Both the position numbers and the translations under genes were made by a program. Source: Eledone cirrhosa (taxonomy: Eukaryota). From it: a stretch of 64,000 bases of DNA. Of this stretch, positions 12,701 through 25,507 are shown one piece after another (within the stretch, counting starts at the first letter, position 1; the number at the start of each line of letters is the position of its first letter). Location of the stretch: assembly GCA_964016885.1 (NCBI GenBank), contig OZ024747.1, positions 23,064,001-23,128,000 on the forward strand, written 5' to 3'. Under the pieces are notes generated by a model that was not told the origin of the DNA, did not search any database, and saw only the letters and a program-made list of their open reading frames with translations.

Positions 12701-13286
12701 AATATAATATACACACACACATACACACACACACGCACACACACACATATATATATACACACACACACATACACTCATCCTCAGTATCAATTCCATTAAC
12801 CCATGCTAGCATGGAAAATAGAGGTTAAACGATGATGATGATGATGATGATGATGCATACAGGATAATTGCATTAATTTCTCTGATTTCATAACAAGTTT
12901 TCTCATATTGTGTAAATATTAGTGACATGTAGCAAAAAATTGTATATTTATATATATATATATTTGGTTTATTTAATAATGACATTCTGGATGCTTTTGT
13001 TTTCACAATCAGTTTAAGTGGCAGTAGTTAGTATTTCATGTTTACAAACAACCAAAATGTATCCAATGACTTAAAGTATTCAATGACTTAAAGTTCTGAT
13101 TCAGATATATAATTTATTTTCCTCTCAATTTCATAATGAAATTTTTCAGTAAATCAATCTACATTGTAGATAAAATGTTTGGGAATATTTTCTGTATCCA
13201 GTGGTAAATGTAAGCTGTTTGGTTGTTTTTAGTCAGTATCAGCTGCAATAGCCTCTGATTGAACCTAGATATTTTATCATTACATC

Positions 13287-13464
13287 CAGTGCCGGATTTA
13301 GGACAAATGAGTGAGGCTCTGTACTTGTCAAATTATGAAGCTCCCTACTTGGGCCCTGAAGGAAGTAAACCATTTTTTTTGGCAGGAAGATACCCCCACC
13401 TCCTCCTGGTCAACAGGGGTCCTGTGCTTAAGCACACCTAAGCACAATGGTAAATCTGGAACTG
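13287..13464. mobile_element. hAT-type MITE
   Basis: TIR CAGTGCCGGATTTA / TAAATCTGGAACTG; 8-bp target-site duplication ATTACATC/ATTATATC. Confidence 0.85.
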
Positions 13465-13667
13465 ATTATATCATTTAAAGTGTGGGAATGTCATCATCAA
13501 GGTTTAGGTATTTGGCAAAGTTTGGGTAATTGAAAAATATCAAAGGGAATTGTAAACTTTTACAGGAGATAAACAAAAGAAATTAATTACTGATAAAATA
13601 TCAATAAAATATACAGCTTGTATTGGGTGATACATTAGGGAAATTATTTATATACAAAATATTATAA

Positions 13668-13763
13668 TAATTGTTTCTACTTTAGGCACAAGGCCAGCAA
13701 TTACCCAGTTCATTACTGGTACTTTATTTTATCGACCCCGTAAGGATGAAAGGCAAAGTCAAC
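13668..13763 (-). mobile_element. MetaSINE-like SINE 3' half
   Basis: Core and tail match the other copies. Confidence 0.8.
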
Positions 13764-13959
13764 CAATAATAGTTTTTGATTTAGATACAAGGAAAATGTC
13801 AATATCCTGTATTGTAGCATTTAATTGACTGTGCATGTCTTCTGTTTTTTTTCTTTGTTTTCTTTCTCTGGTTAATTTTTATTGATTTGTTTATTTGGTA
13901 TATCACATTATCATCATTAGATAGGTTTTGGTTATGCAGGACACAATTAATTCTTAAGT

Positions 13960-14145
13960 AGGGGTGGATCCTGCCTGACAGTGCTCCTTAGTGTCCCACT
14001 CCATGTGTTTCTATCGACTGGCTCACTTGGGCCTAGCTTGATCCCGATGGACATCCTCCATCCTGGCCCTCTACTGCCTCCTGGATCAACATTCATCACT
14101 TTGCTGATCTAGCCCTCACTGCACTCGACATGGCCACACCAGCCT
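13960..14145 (-). mobile_element. RTE LINE C-terminal fragment (source of the minisatellite)
   Basis: Minus strand translates as WCGHVECSEG*ISKVMNVDPGGSRGPG. Confidence 0.65.
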
Positions 14146-16275
14146 CTTCCTGGCCCTCACTCCACTCAACATGGCCACACCAGCCTCTTCCTAGCCCTCA
14201 CTCCACTCAACATGGCCACACCAGCCTCTTCCTAGCCCTCACTGCACTCAACATGGCCACACCAGCCTCTTCCTGGCCCTCACTGCACTCGACATGGCCA
14301 CACCAGCCTCTTCCTGGCCCTCACTCCACTCGACATGGCCACACCAGCCTCTTCCTGGCCCTCACTCCACTCAACATGGCCACACCAGCCTCTTCCTGGC
14401 CCTCACTCCACTCAACATGGCCACACCAGCCTCTTCCTGGCCCTCACTCCACTCGACATGGCCACACCAGCCTCTTCCTGGCCCTCACTCCACTCGACAT
14501 GGCCACACCAGCCTCTTCCTGGCCCTCACTCCACTCGACATGGCCACACCAGCCTCTTCCTGGCCCTCACTCCACTCAACATGGCCACACCAGCCTCTTC
14601 CTGGCCCTCACTCCACTCGACATGGCCACACCAGCCTCTTCCTGGCCCTCACTCCACTCGACATGGCCACACCAGCCTCTTCCTGGCCCTCACTGCACTC
14701 GACATGGCCACACCAGCCTCTTCCTGGCCCTCACTCCACTCAACATGGCCACACCAGCCTCTTCCTGGCCCTCACTCCACTCAACATGGCCACACCAGCC
14801 TCTTCCTGGCCCTCACTCCACTCAACATGGCCACACCAGCCTCTTCCTGGCCCTCACTCCACTCGACATGGCCACACCAGCCTCTTCCTGGCCCTCACTC
14901 CACTCAACATGGCCACACCAGCCTCTTCCTGGCCCTCACTGCACTCGACATGGCCACACCAGCCTCTTCCTGGCCCTCACTCCACTCGACATGGCCACAC
15001 CAGCCTCTTCCTGGCCCTCACTCCACTCAACATGGCCACACCAGCCTCTTCCTGGCCCTCACTGCACTCGACATGGCCACACCAGCCTCTTCCTGGCCCT
15101 CACTCCACTCGACATGGCCACACCAGCCTCTTCCTAGCCCTCACTCCACTCGACATGGCCACACCAGCCTCTTCCTGGCCCTCACTCCACTCAACATGGC
15201 CACACCAGCCTCTTCCTGGCCCTCACTCCACTCAACATGGCCACACCAGCCTCTTCCTAGCCCTCACTCCACTCAACATGGCCACACCAGCCTCTTCCTA
15301 GCCCTCACTGCACTCAACATGGCCACACCAGCCTCTTCCTGGCCCTCACTGCACTCGACATGGCCACACCAGCCTCTTCCTGGCCCTCACTCCACTCAAC
15401 ATGGCCACACCAGCCTCTTCCTGGCCCTCACTCCACTCAACATGGCCACACCAGCCTCTTCCTGGTCCTCACTCCACTCAACATGGCCACACCAGCCTCT
15501 TCCTGGCCCTCACTCCACTCGACATGGCCACACCAGCCTCTTCCTAGCCCTCACTCCACTCAACATGGCCACACCAGCCTCTTCCTGGCCCTCACTCCAC
15601 TCGACATGGCCACACCAGCCTCTTCCTAGCTCTCACTCCACTCAACATGGCCACACCAGCCTCTTCCTAGCCCTCACTCCACTCAACATGGCCACACCAG
15701 CCTCTTCCTAGCCCTCACTCCACTCAACATGGCCACACCAGCCTCTTCCTAGCCCTCACTCCACTCAACATAGCCACACCAGCCTCTTCCTAGCCCTCAC
15801 TCCACTCAACATGGCCACACCAGCCTCTTCCTAGCCCTCACTCCACTCAACATGGCCACACCAGCCTCTTCCTAGCCCTCACTCCACTCAACATAGCCAC
15901 ACCAGCCTCTTCCTAGCCCTCACTCCACTCAACATAGCCACACCAGCCTCTTCCTAGCCCTCACTCCACTCAACATGGCCACACCAGCCTCTTCCTAGCC
16001 CTCACTGCACTCAACATGGCCACACCAGCCTCTTCCTGGCCCTCACTCCACTCAACATGGCCACACCAGCCTCTTCCTGGCCCTCACTGCACTCAACATG
16101 GCCACACCAGCCTCTTCCTAGCCCTCACTCCACTCAACATGGCCACACCAGCCTCTTCCTAGCCCTCACTCCACTCAACATGGCCACACCAGCCTCTTCC
16201 TGGCCCTCACTCCACTCAACATGGCCACACCAGCCTCTTCCTAGCCCTCACTCCACTCAACATGGCCACACCAGC
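14109..16275. repeat. 41-bp GC-rich minisatellite, about 53 copies
   Basis: Unit GGCCCTCACTCCACTCAACATGGCCACACCAGCCTCTTCCT with a few recurring variants. Confidence 0.98.
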
Positions 16276-16319
16276 GCATGTGTTTCGTGTTTTAATAATA
16301 ATTAAATATAATTAGAGAA

Positions 16320-16452
16320 ATGGATTCACAATTGTGAGGTTGTGAATTTGATACCTGGACCGGGTGATGCGTTGTGTCCTTGAGCAAGACACTTCACTTC
16401 ATGTTACCCCTTCAATCTGGAGTTACAACCCATAGATAGTATTAGCAATTGG
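16320..16452 (+). mobile_element. CORE-SINE-like fragment (variant 3' part)
   Basis: GTGTCCTTGAGCAAGACACTT core; homologous to 48586-48770. Confidence 0.7.
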
Positions 16453-16523
16453 AAATTGTCGATATATATGACGGCGATGAAATTGTGTTGAAACAAATAT
16501 TGTTATATATGACCCTCCCCAAA

Positions 16524-17397
16524 TATAACATATATAACAATATATATACATATATAACAATATATATATATATATAACAATATATATACATATATAACAA
16601 TATATATATATATATAACAATATATATACATATATAACAATATATATATATATATAACAATATATATATATATATAACAATATATATATAACAATATATA
16701 TATAACAATATATATATATATATAACAATATATATATATATATAACAATATATATATAACAATATATATATATATATATAACAATATATATATAACAATA
16801 TATATATAACAATATATATATATATATAACAATATATATATATATATAACAATATATATATATATGTATAACAATATATATATAACAATATATATATATA
16901 TATAACAATATATATATAACAATATATATATATATATAACAATATATATATAAAACAATATATATATAAAACTATATATATAACAATATATATATATATA
17001 TATAACAATATATATATATATATATAACAATATATATATATAACAATATATATATAAAACAATATATATATATATAACAATATATATATATATAACAATA
17101 TATATATATGTAACAATATATATATATATAACAATATATATATATATATAACAATATATATATATATATATATAACAATATATATATATATATAACAATA
17201 TATATATATATATAACAATATATATATAAAACAATATATATATATATAACAATATATATATATAACAATATATATATATATAACAATATATATATATATA
17301 TAACAATATATATATATAACAATATATATATATATAACAATATATATATATAACAATATATATATATATAACAATATATATAACAATATATATATAT
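16524..17397. repeat. (TA)nACAA compound array
   Basis: Dozens of TATAACAA units separated by variable TA runs. Confidence 0.97.
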
Positions 17398-17412
17398 TAC
17401 TATATATATATA

Positions 17413-17646
17413 TTGGTAGATTAGATAGGGTGTGGTAAAAAACCAGGTGGACCATAACCCTCCAGAGTATTCGATATTTGGGGGTAGTAGAGTGGGTAAT
17501 ATAGAAAGATTCAGGAGCCCGACGGCTGAGCTCCGGCTGATTCGACAGCTCGATCCGAACTAAAGTGCCAGTATTCAAACGTTTTAGTTCGGATCTAGCT
17601 GTCGAAATGGCTGGAGCTCAGCCGTCGGGGTCCTGAATGTTTTCAT
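17413..17646 (-). mobile_element. PLE-like family C relic with fold-back
   Basis: Arms at about 17509-17564 and 17583-17638; homologous to 4503-4714. Confidence 0.7.
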
Positions 17647-17881
17647 ATGTATGTGTGTGTGTGTGTGTGTGCGTGTGTGGATAAAATGCAAATCTGGAGG
17701 TTAGTTCTTACTAGTTAATAATGTAATATGATATTGAATGGCATTTTTATGTTTAAAAATAAATAATTTAATGTAACAACCTCCCCACTACCAGAAAAAG
17801 GAAAGTTTAAAAAGTAGTGTAGTCGTGAAAATTAGCTACTTGTAATTAAATCTGGTAACACTGCCTATGTTTTTATGTTTT

Positions 17882-17947
<66 letters not shown>

Positions 17948-17975
17948 AACAAAAGATGGTTAAAAGAGTTCCATG

Positions 17976-18046
17976 TATTTTATTATGCGCATTTCAAAAA
18001 CAAATATCATCATGCAATAATATTTGTGTTTTCATCAGATAAAACA
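17976..18046 (-). ncRNA. Type-I hammerhead ribozyme (family A)
   Basis: TGTTTTAT-CTGATGA-AAACACAAATA..TATTTGTTTTT-GAA-ATGCGCAT-A-ATAAAATA. Confidence 0.8.
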
Positions 18047-18099
18047 TGAAGACATGATATGAAGGTTAAAAAACACTTGTGGATAGTTCAGTTTTAAAT

Positions 18100-18208
18100 C
18101 AACATCTTTTGTTCTTATATATTATGTATACTCCAGTCCTACAAATTGTAGAGTGCTTATTATCCGATATCTGCATTGCTTTATTGTACTACAATAAAAC
18201 TCACCTCC
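18100..18208 (+). mobile_element. PLE-like family A 3' end
   Basis: Ends AATAAAACTCACCTCC followed by TA. Confidence 0.7.
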
Positions 18209-18256
<48 letters not shown>

Positions 18257-18520
18257 GCAGAACAGGCAAAATACTAAGAGATATTGTGTGTAGTAAAGGT
18301 ATTGTGGCTATGCAAAAACATAAAAACATAGGCAGTGTTATCAGATTTAATTATATGTATACGTATGTAAATATCTATACATATGTATATATGTGTATAT
18401 ATATGTATACGTATGTATATGTGTATATATATGTATACGTATGTATATGTGTATATATATGTATACATATGTATATGTGTATATATATGTATACGTATGT
18501 ATATGTGTATATATATGTAT

Positions 18521-18803
18521 ATAATATATAAGATCAAAAGATGGTTAAAAGAGTTCCATGTATTTTATTATGCGCATTTCAAAAACAAATATCATCATGC
18601 AATAACATTTGCGTTTTCGTCAGATAACGCAAATGTTATTGCATGATGATATTTGTTTTTGAAATGCGCATAATAAAATACATGGAACTCTTTTAACCAT
18701 CTTTTGATCTTATATATTATTCATACTCCAGTCCTACAAACTGTAGAGTGCTACTTATCCGATATCTGCATTGCTTTATTGTACTACAATAAAACTCACC
18801 TCC
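18521..18803 (+). mobile_element. PLE-like family A with 95-bp inverted 5' arm containing a minus-strand hammerhead (CTGACGA)
   Basis: Arms at 18521-18615 and 18626-18720; hammerhead at 18561-18627 (-); same 3' end as the other family A copies. Confidence 0.78.
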
Positions 18804-18885
18804 GACATATATGTGTATGTGTATATATATGTATACGTATGTATATGTATATATATATGTATACGTATGTATATGTATATATATG

Positions 18886-19217
18886 CATCATCATTTCATT
18901 TTACGTCCGCTTTTCCCTGCTTGAAAGGGGTGGGACGGAAACTGATGCTGGCATGATTTCTACAGCTGGATGCCCTTCCTAACACCAACCTCATTTACAG
19001 TGAGTGCTGGGTGCTTTTTTGCCGTGGCACCTCCACGACCACTTTGCAGTGGAATGATAGGGACCCCAGTCCCTATCATCTCATTTCTACAGCTGAGTCA
19101 ACTGGAGCAATGTGAAATAAAGTGTCTTGCTCAAGGAAACAACACATCACCCGGTCAGAGAATTGAACTCACAACCTTTCGATTGTAAGGCCAATGCTCT
19201 AACCACTAAGCCATGTG
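18886..19217 (-). mobile_element. CORE-SINE-like element with RTE tail (~330 bp)
   Basis: tRNA head TGGCTTAGTGGTTAGAGC..GAGTTCAATTC; MIR-like core TCCTTGAGCAAGACACTT; (GAT)n end. Confidence 0.88.
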
Positions 19218-20703
19218 TATATATATGTATATGTATGTATGTGTATATATATGTATACGTATGTATATGTGTATATATATGTATACGTATGTATATGTGT
19301 ATATATATGTATACGTATGTATATGTGTATATATATGTATACGTATGTATATGTGTATATATATGTATACGTATGTATATGTGTATATATATGTATACGT
19401 ATGTATATATATGTATACGTATGTATATGTATATGTATGTATATGTATATATATGCATACGTATGTATGTGTATATATATGTATATGTGTATATGTATAT
19501 GTGTATATATATGTATATGTGTATATATATGTATATGTGTATATATGTGTATATATATGTATATGTGTATATATATGTATATGTGTATATATATGTGTAT
19601 GTATATGTGTATATATATGTATATGTATATATATATGTATACATATGTATATGTATATATATGTATACGTATATATATGTATATATATATGTATACATAT
19701 GTATATGTATACGTATGTATATGTATATATATATGTATACGTATGTATATGTATATATATATGTATACGTATGTATATGTATATATATATGTATACGTAT
19801 GTATATGTATATATATATGTATACGTATGTATATGTATATATATATGTATACGTATGTATATGTATATATATATGTATACGTATGTATATGTATATATAT
19901 ATGTATACGTATGTATATGTATATATATATGTATACGTATGTATATGTATATATATATATCTATACGTATGTATATGTATATATATATCTATACGTATGT
20001 ATATGTATATATATATCTATACGTATGTATATGTATATATATATGTATACGTATGTATATGTGTATATATATGTATATGTATGTATATATATATATGTGT
20101 ATATATATGTATATATATATATGTGTATATATATGTATATATATATATGTGTATATATATGTATTTGTGTGTGTATATATATTTGTATATATATATATGT
20201 GTATATGTATTTGTGTGTGTGCATATATATTTGTATATATATGTGTATATGCATTTGTGTGTGTATATATATGTGTGTATATGTATATATGTGTATATGT
20301 ATTTATATATGTATATGTGTGTATGCGTATATATATGTATGTGTATGTGTATATATGTATGTGTATGTGTATATATGTATGTGTATGTGTATATATGTAT
20401 GTGTGTATGTGTATATATGTATGTGTGTATGTGTATATATGTATGTGTGTATGTGTATATATGTATGTGTGTATGTGTATATATGTATGTGTGTATGTGT
20501 ATATATGTATGTGTGTATGTGTATATATGTATGTGTGTATGTGTATATATGTATATGTGTGTATGTGTATATATATGTATATGTGTGTATACGTATGTGT
20601 GTATATATATGTGTGTATGTGTATATGTATGTGTGTATATATATATGTGTGTGTGTGTATGTATATATAGGTGTGTGTATATATATATATATATATGTGT
20701 GTG

Positions 20704-20756
<53 letters not shown>
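19218..20756. repeat. TA/TG/TACG compound microsatellite
   Basis: Direct inspection. Confidence 0.97.
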
Positions 20757-20895
20757 TGCTCAGTTTATTGGATTTCTGTTAATCCTGGCACAAACCATGT
20801 TCATCATTGGAAGCCAAGTAGTGTCGACCCAAGGGGGGATTCACTAGTTTCTTTTGAAATGTTGGAATGGGGGTGTTTTTAACACTGTTTTAATA

Positions 20896-21007
20896 TGTCT
20901 GAAGAAGCAGTGACTTGAAGGAGTTTGATCTTACAGTTAGATCATGTTAGGTAATTAAGGGTGGTTTTAGAGCCTGATGACTGGTTGAAACATGTGTGAC
21001 AAATAAA
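20896..21007 (+). ncRNA. Degenerate hammerhead motif (long stem II; G at the cleavage position) plus AATAAA
   Basis: TGT-CTGAAGA-agcagt...actggtt-GAA-ACATGTGT-G-ACA. Confidence 0.45.
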
Positions 21008-21230
21008 CATATGTGAAACTGGTCTCTCCCTCTTTTTTGGTGTATATATATGATGGACTCTCCCGTCGATTTGACAGTCTTTTCAGTTCATTGTTTTATG
21101 TTTGTACCTCAAATGGCACTTAAATCTAGCTGCTGATTTACTCAGCAATCCGCATTTGGTGCAGCTTGAATAGAGCTGGCTGGAATTCCTGACCGGACTC
21201 TGGTGTCAGATCTTATCTCATTGAGATGGG

Positions 21231-21273
<43 letters not shown>

Positions 21274-21310
21274 ATTAATAAATGGAAACTATATTTATAA
21301 AACCATATTT

Positions 21311-21373
21311 ATTTCATTATACATATTTCAGGGATACCAAATTAAAATATGGTATGCCTTCATCAGACAAAAT
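21311..21373 (-). ncRNA. Type-I hammerhead ribozyme (family B)
   Basis: ATTTTGT-CTGATGA-AGGcATACCA..TGGTATcCCT-GAA-ATATGTAT-A-ATGAAAT. Confidence 0.78.
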
Positions 21374-21483
21374 ACAATATATAAACAGTTTTATAAATAA
21401 TTTTGACGTACCCTATTAAATGCAACCATTATTTTTGGAAGCTGTCTGGATATATATATATATTTATAGATGCACATACATAA

Positions 21484-22330
21484 AGCACCCAGTACACACT
21501 GTAAATGAGGTTGGCATTAGGAAGGGCATCCAGCTGTAGAAACCAAGCCAGAATCAGTTCTGTATGAGCAAGACATGGTCACCTGACCTAGCATAGCTTA
21601 CAACAGGACAACTCATCTAACACATGCTAGCGTAGAAAAATGACCGTTAAACGGTGATGATGATGGGGAATTGGCAGTATCGGTAGATACATAGTTACGT
21701 CCCTTTACAGTCTGAGTTCAAATCCCGCCTAGGTTAACTTTGCCTTTCATCCTTACGGGGTCGATAAAATAAAGTACCAGTAATGTACTGGGTAATTGCT
21801 GGCTTTGTGCCAAAAGTAGAAACAATTATTTACTACTATTACCACTACACTACTACTACTACTACTACCACCACCAGTGGTTTCTGATTTGGGCACAAGG
21901 CCAGCAATTTTAAGGGAGAGGAAAGTCGATAAAATCGACCCCAGTGCGTTACTGGTACTAAGCATGAAAAGCAAAGTTAACCTTGGTGGGATTTGAACTA
22001 AAAAACTGCCAATCCGCCGCCTTACAACAACTACTACTAATAATGGTTTCTGATTTAGGCACAAAGCCAGCAATTTTGGAGGAGGGAAAGTCAATTAAAT
22101 CGACCCCAGTACGACACTGGTGATTTATTTTATCGAAAGGCAAAGCTAACCCTGGCAGGATTTGAACTCAGAACGTAAAGGGCCGTAACTATATGCTGCA
22201 AAACATGTCCGACGTGCTACCAAAACTTAACCGTAACTTTATTTTATCGACCTCAGAAAGATGAAAGGCAAAGTTGATCTCGGCAGGATTTGAACTTGGG
22301 ACATAAAAACCGGAACAAATACCGCTAAGT
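21484..22330. mobile_element. SINE pile-up (RTE-tail fragment, a + strand MetaSINE at 21665-21830, several - strand fragments)
   Basis: Repeated matches to both SINE families. Confidence 0.8.
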
Positions 22331-22402
22331 ATGTGACATTGATAACATTAGTAACAGGGATGAAATACAACACAAATCAAAAAGAAAAAAAGTGTGACCG
22401 CA

Positions 22403-22810
22403 AGGTGTTAGGTGAAGTATAAAGGTGAAATAGGTGTTAGGTGAAGTATAAAGGTGAAATAGGTGTTAGGTGAAGTATAAAAGTGAAATAGGTGTTAGGT
22501 GAAGTATAAAAGTGAAATAGGTGTTAGGTGAAGTATAAAAGTGAAATAGGTGTTAGGTGAAGTATAAAAGTGAAATAGGTGTTAGGTGAAGTATAAAAGT
22601 GAAATAGGTGTTAGGTGAAGTATAAAAGTGAAATAGGTGTTAGGTGAAGTATAAAAGTGAAATAGGTGTTAGGTGAAGTATAAAAGTGAAATAGGTGTTA
22701 GGTGAAGTATAAAAGTGAAATAGGTGTTAGGTGAAGTATAAAAGTGAAATAGGTGTTAGGTGAAGTATAAAAGTGAAATAGGTGTTAGGTGAAGTATAAA
22801 GGTGAAATAG
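22403..22810. repeat. 29-bp minisatellite x14 (AGGTGTTAGGTGAAGTATAAAAGTGAAAT)
   Basis: Period 29; near-identical units. Confidence 0.97.
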
Positions 22811-22834
22811 AAAATGTAGAATAAAAATGTCAAT

Positions 22835-22985
22835 CTGCTGAACTCCTCCGCAAGATCGGAGCATCGGTGGCCCCTCTGAGGAAGGAGCCCGACGAGATTG
22901 GGTGGCTGTTACAGCGGGTGTCACTGGTCATCGTACGGGGGAATGCTTTTGCCGTCTTATCAGCGGGGCGCAGCACTCCTGCCCT
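22835..22985 (+). mobile_element. CRE-clade non-LTR retrotransposon 3' fragment
   Basis: LRKIGASVA..RKEPDEIGWLLQRVSLVIVRGNA, homologous to the C-terminus of the 49.8-kb element. Confidence 0.8.
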
Positions 22986-23219
22986 AGGTCGATTCACCCC
23001 TCCCCTCTCTTCTGCGGCACCAGAGCTCTTGCCACCTCCTCCCATTCTCGTTCTTTTTTCTTCTATATTCTTTCTTTCCTCTTGTTTCCCCCTTTTTTTT
23101 TTTACTAAATTTTATTTAAAAAATAAACATCTAAGTTTGTTTATTTATTTATTTGTCAGAAAAAATGGGGTCCTGATAATGTTTTCAAGGGCAACATAAA
23201 TATTAACATTGGAGCACAA

Positions 23220-23365
23220 TAGTTTTTGATTTAGGTACAAGGCCAACAATTTTTGGGGAGGGGAAAGCTGATTAAATTGACTCCGGTACGTTACTGGTAC
23301 TTTATTTTATCGACCTCGAAAGGATGAAAGGCCAAATTGACCTTGGCGTGACTTGAACTCAGTGC
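23220..23365 (-). mobile_element. MetaSINE-like SINE, followed by older fragments to about 23900
   Basis: Core TTTATCGACCTCGAAAGGATGAAAGG. Confidence 0.75.
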
Positions 23366-25225
23366 GCTGGATCAAATATACCACCGAAAAAAATGAACTG
23401 CAACATATTCTTTGATCTTATTTATCATCAACCGCAGACGAATGAAAAACAACACCAATCCTAGCAAGAATTGATCTCAATGTATGAAGGTAGGGTGGGC
23501 AATGTATTTTGTTCAGCGCAGTCATTTTATAAAAATTACAAACTTCGGCGAGATTTGAACGCGGAACGTAATATCGTAAGGACACATATTTGTGATTAGA
23601 TCAGTTGTAGTGCATACCTATTTAGCACTAAATTTTTATCGACCTCAGAAAGCTGAGATTGCAAAGTCGGTTTCAGCCAGATTTGAACGCGGATTATAGA
23701 TTTGACGAAGCTAAATACTGTTCCACGTCGTTTCTGCTAACTTCGACGATTTAGCAACTAAAATACAAATGCAAAAAATACACTAGAACAAAGCATAGTC
23801 GATTAAATCTGTCAACTATACTTTCAACTTTCAAGGGATCTGAACTAAGACTTTGAGAAACGTAACTAAATACCGCAAAACAATCTTGTCTAGCGCGCTA
23901 CTGATTTTTCTCGTTTCCGAAACGAGTTTTATGGAGTTCTCAGATGGGACGGCGGTTTACAAAGCATAAAAAAAGAAAACGCACAGGAAAAACAAATTTA
24001 ACCTTAAATTCCAACCAAACCAATTAACTAACTACTCTTTAAAAAAAAAAGAAAAAAAACTATTACACTTATTTCCGAGACGGGTGTAATAGTAAAAATT
24101 TACTCATAGTTCTCACACACGCACATAATGCGTTCGACTGTTACCCCACCGTCACTTTCACCCATGTTTCTCCTTTCAGAATTTTCTGAATTGTTTTAAA
24201 GAAGAAACAGCAGGGGAAAAAAAAAACATATACAACCACAGCAAAAAAAATATATTAACCTCACCCCACCTCATCCCCGAACTCCGGCCGCGAACCCAGT
24301 TCCAATTACTTAGAATTTATTTGACCGACAACAAACTCTTTTCTCATAGATGCAGATGTATGTGCTCGTCTCCGTCTGGATATGTAATGTATATGATGTC
24401 TGTATGTAATGTATTAGAGATTTCAGTTTCCTTTCCTCCCCTTTCAATTTGTTTGTAGTACTTGGAGCCCTTTAACAAAATCCACCAAGCAACATAAATA
24501 AACTGCTGTGTAGGATCTTTCTTCAGTTATTTAGAAGCTAACTATTAGCTTCCCGTGCAATGACTATCTAACACAGTTTCTCTTCTTCTCTTGGTTCATG
24601 ACAGTGAGAAAGGAATGACTGCCACACAATCTCACATCTCTTTATTATATTAAATATTTGCTGACATAAGCTGCCATTTAATTTCAATACACAGTTCACT
24701 TCAGTAATATCACTAATGTCCTTGAAGAAAACATGAACTTTTCAAAATCATTATTTTTCTCTCCTATAATTTTATATATGACTCCGGCAAACCCAATTTC
24801 CTATACGCCGTGAAAATAAAAATAAAATCTAGAACGACTTAATTTACATGGTTAGGTATCCCTGGGGAAAGTATGATTGTCCCGTCCGTAATTACCTCCC
24901 TCATCCATCGACAAAACTAACCATTTATTTGGTCTCGACGGTCAGTTGTGTAAAATTAGTTTTCCCTTTGTTTCAACCTTTTTTTTTTTCTTTTACCACT
25001 GAATGGATACCAATTTTCATTATAAATAACATGTATTGATTACACAAATAACAACAATAAGTATATAACAGTTGCTACAAAACTACTGAAATGATCGCTG
25101 TTTTCCCTAAACACGGACTCAATTCACCGTTTTCAATTTTCGTTCTTGAGAAATAAGAATGTCTGAACATAAAACACAAGCATATATATATATATATATA
25201 TATATAGTTTCCATTTATTTAATAT

Positions 25226-25263
<38 letters not shown>

Positions 25264-25303
25264 ATATTAAATAAATGGAAACTATATTTATAAAACCATA
25301 TTT

Positions 25304-25367
25304 ATTTCATTATATATATTTCAGGGATATCATATTAACAATATGTTATGCCTTCCTCAGACAAAAT
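25304..25367 (-). ncRNA. Type-I hammerhead ribozyme (family B)
   Basis: Reverse complement of 25508-25571. Confidence 0.75.
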
Positions 25368-25507
25368 ACAATATAGACAGTTTTATAGATAAATAGATTT
25401 GACATACCGTTCAACATCGACTTGTATTTGAAAAAGTTGATTTTCAAATACAAGTCGATGTTGAACGGTATGTCAAATCTATTTATCTATAAAACTGTCT
25501 ATATTGT

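Noticed and set aside
14109-16275. CRISPR-like array (also 22403-22810 and 63105-63440)
   Set aside because: No unique spacers, no cas genes, eukaryotic context
14130-16305. MATPASSWPSLHST.. repetitive proteins
   Set aside because: The 41-bp unit cycles through all three frames; it is a minisatellite derived from an antisense LINE fragment
22403-22810. Interstitial telomeric repeat
   Set aside because: Only one TTAGG per 29-bp unit; no TTAGGG tandem run
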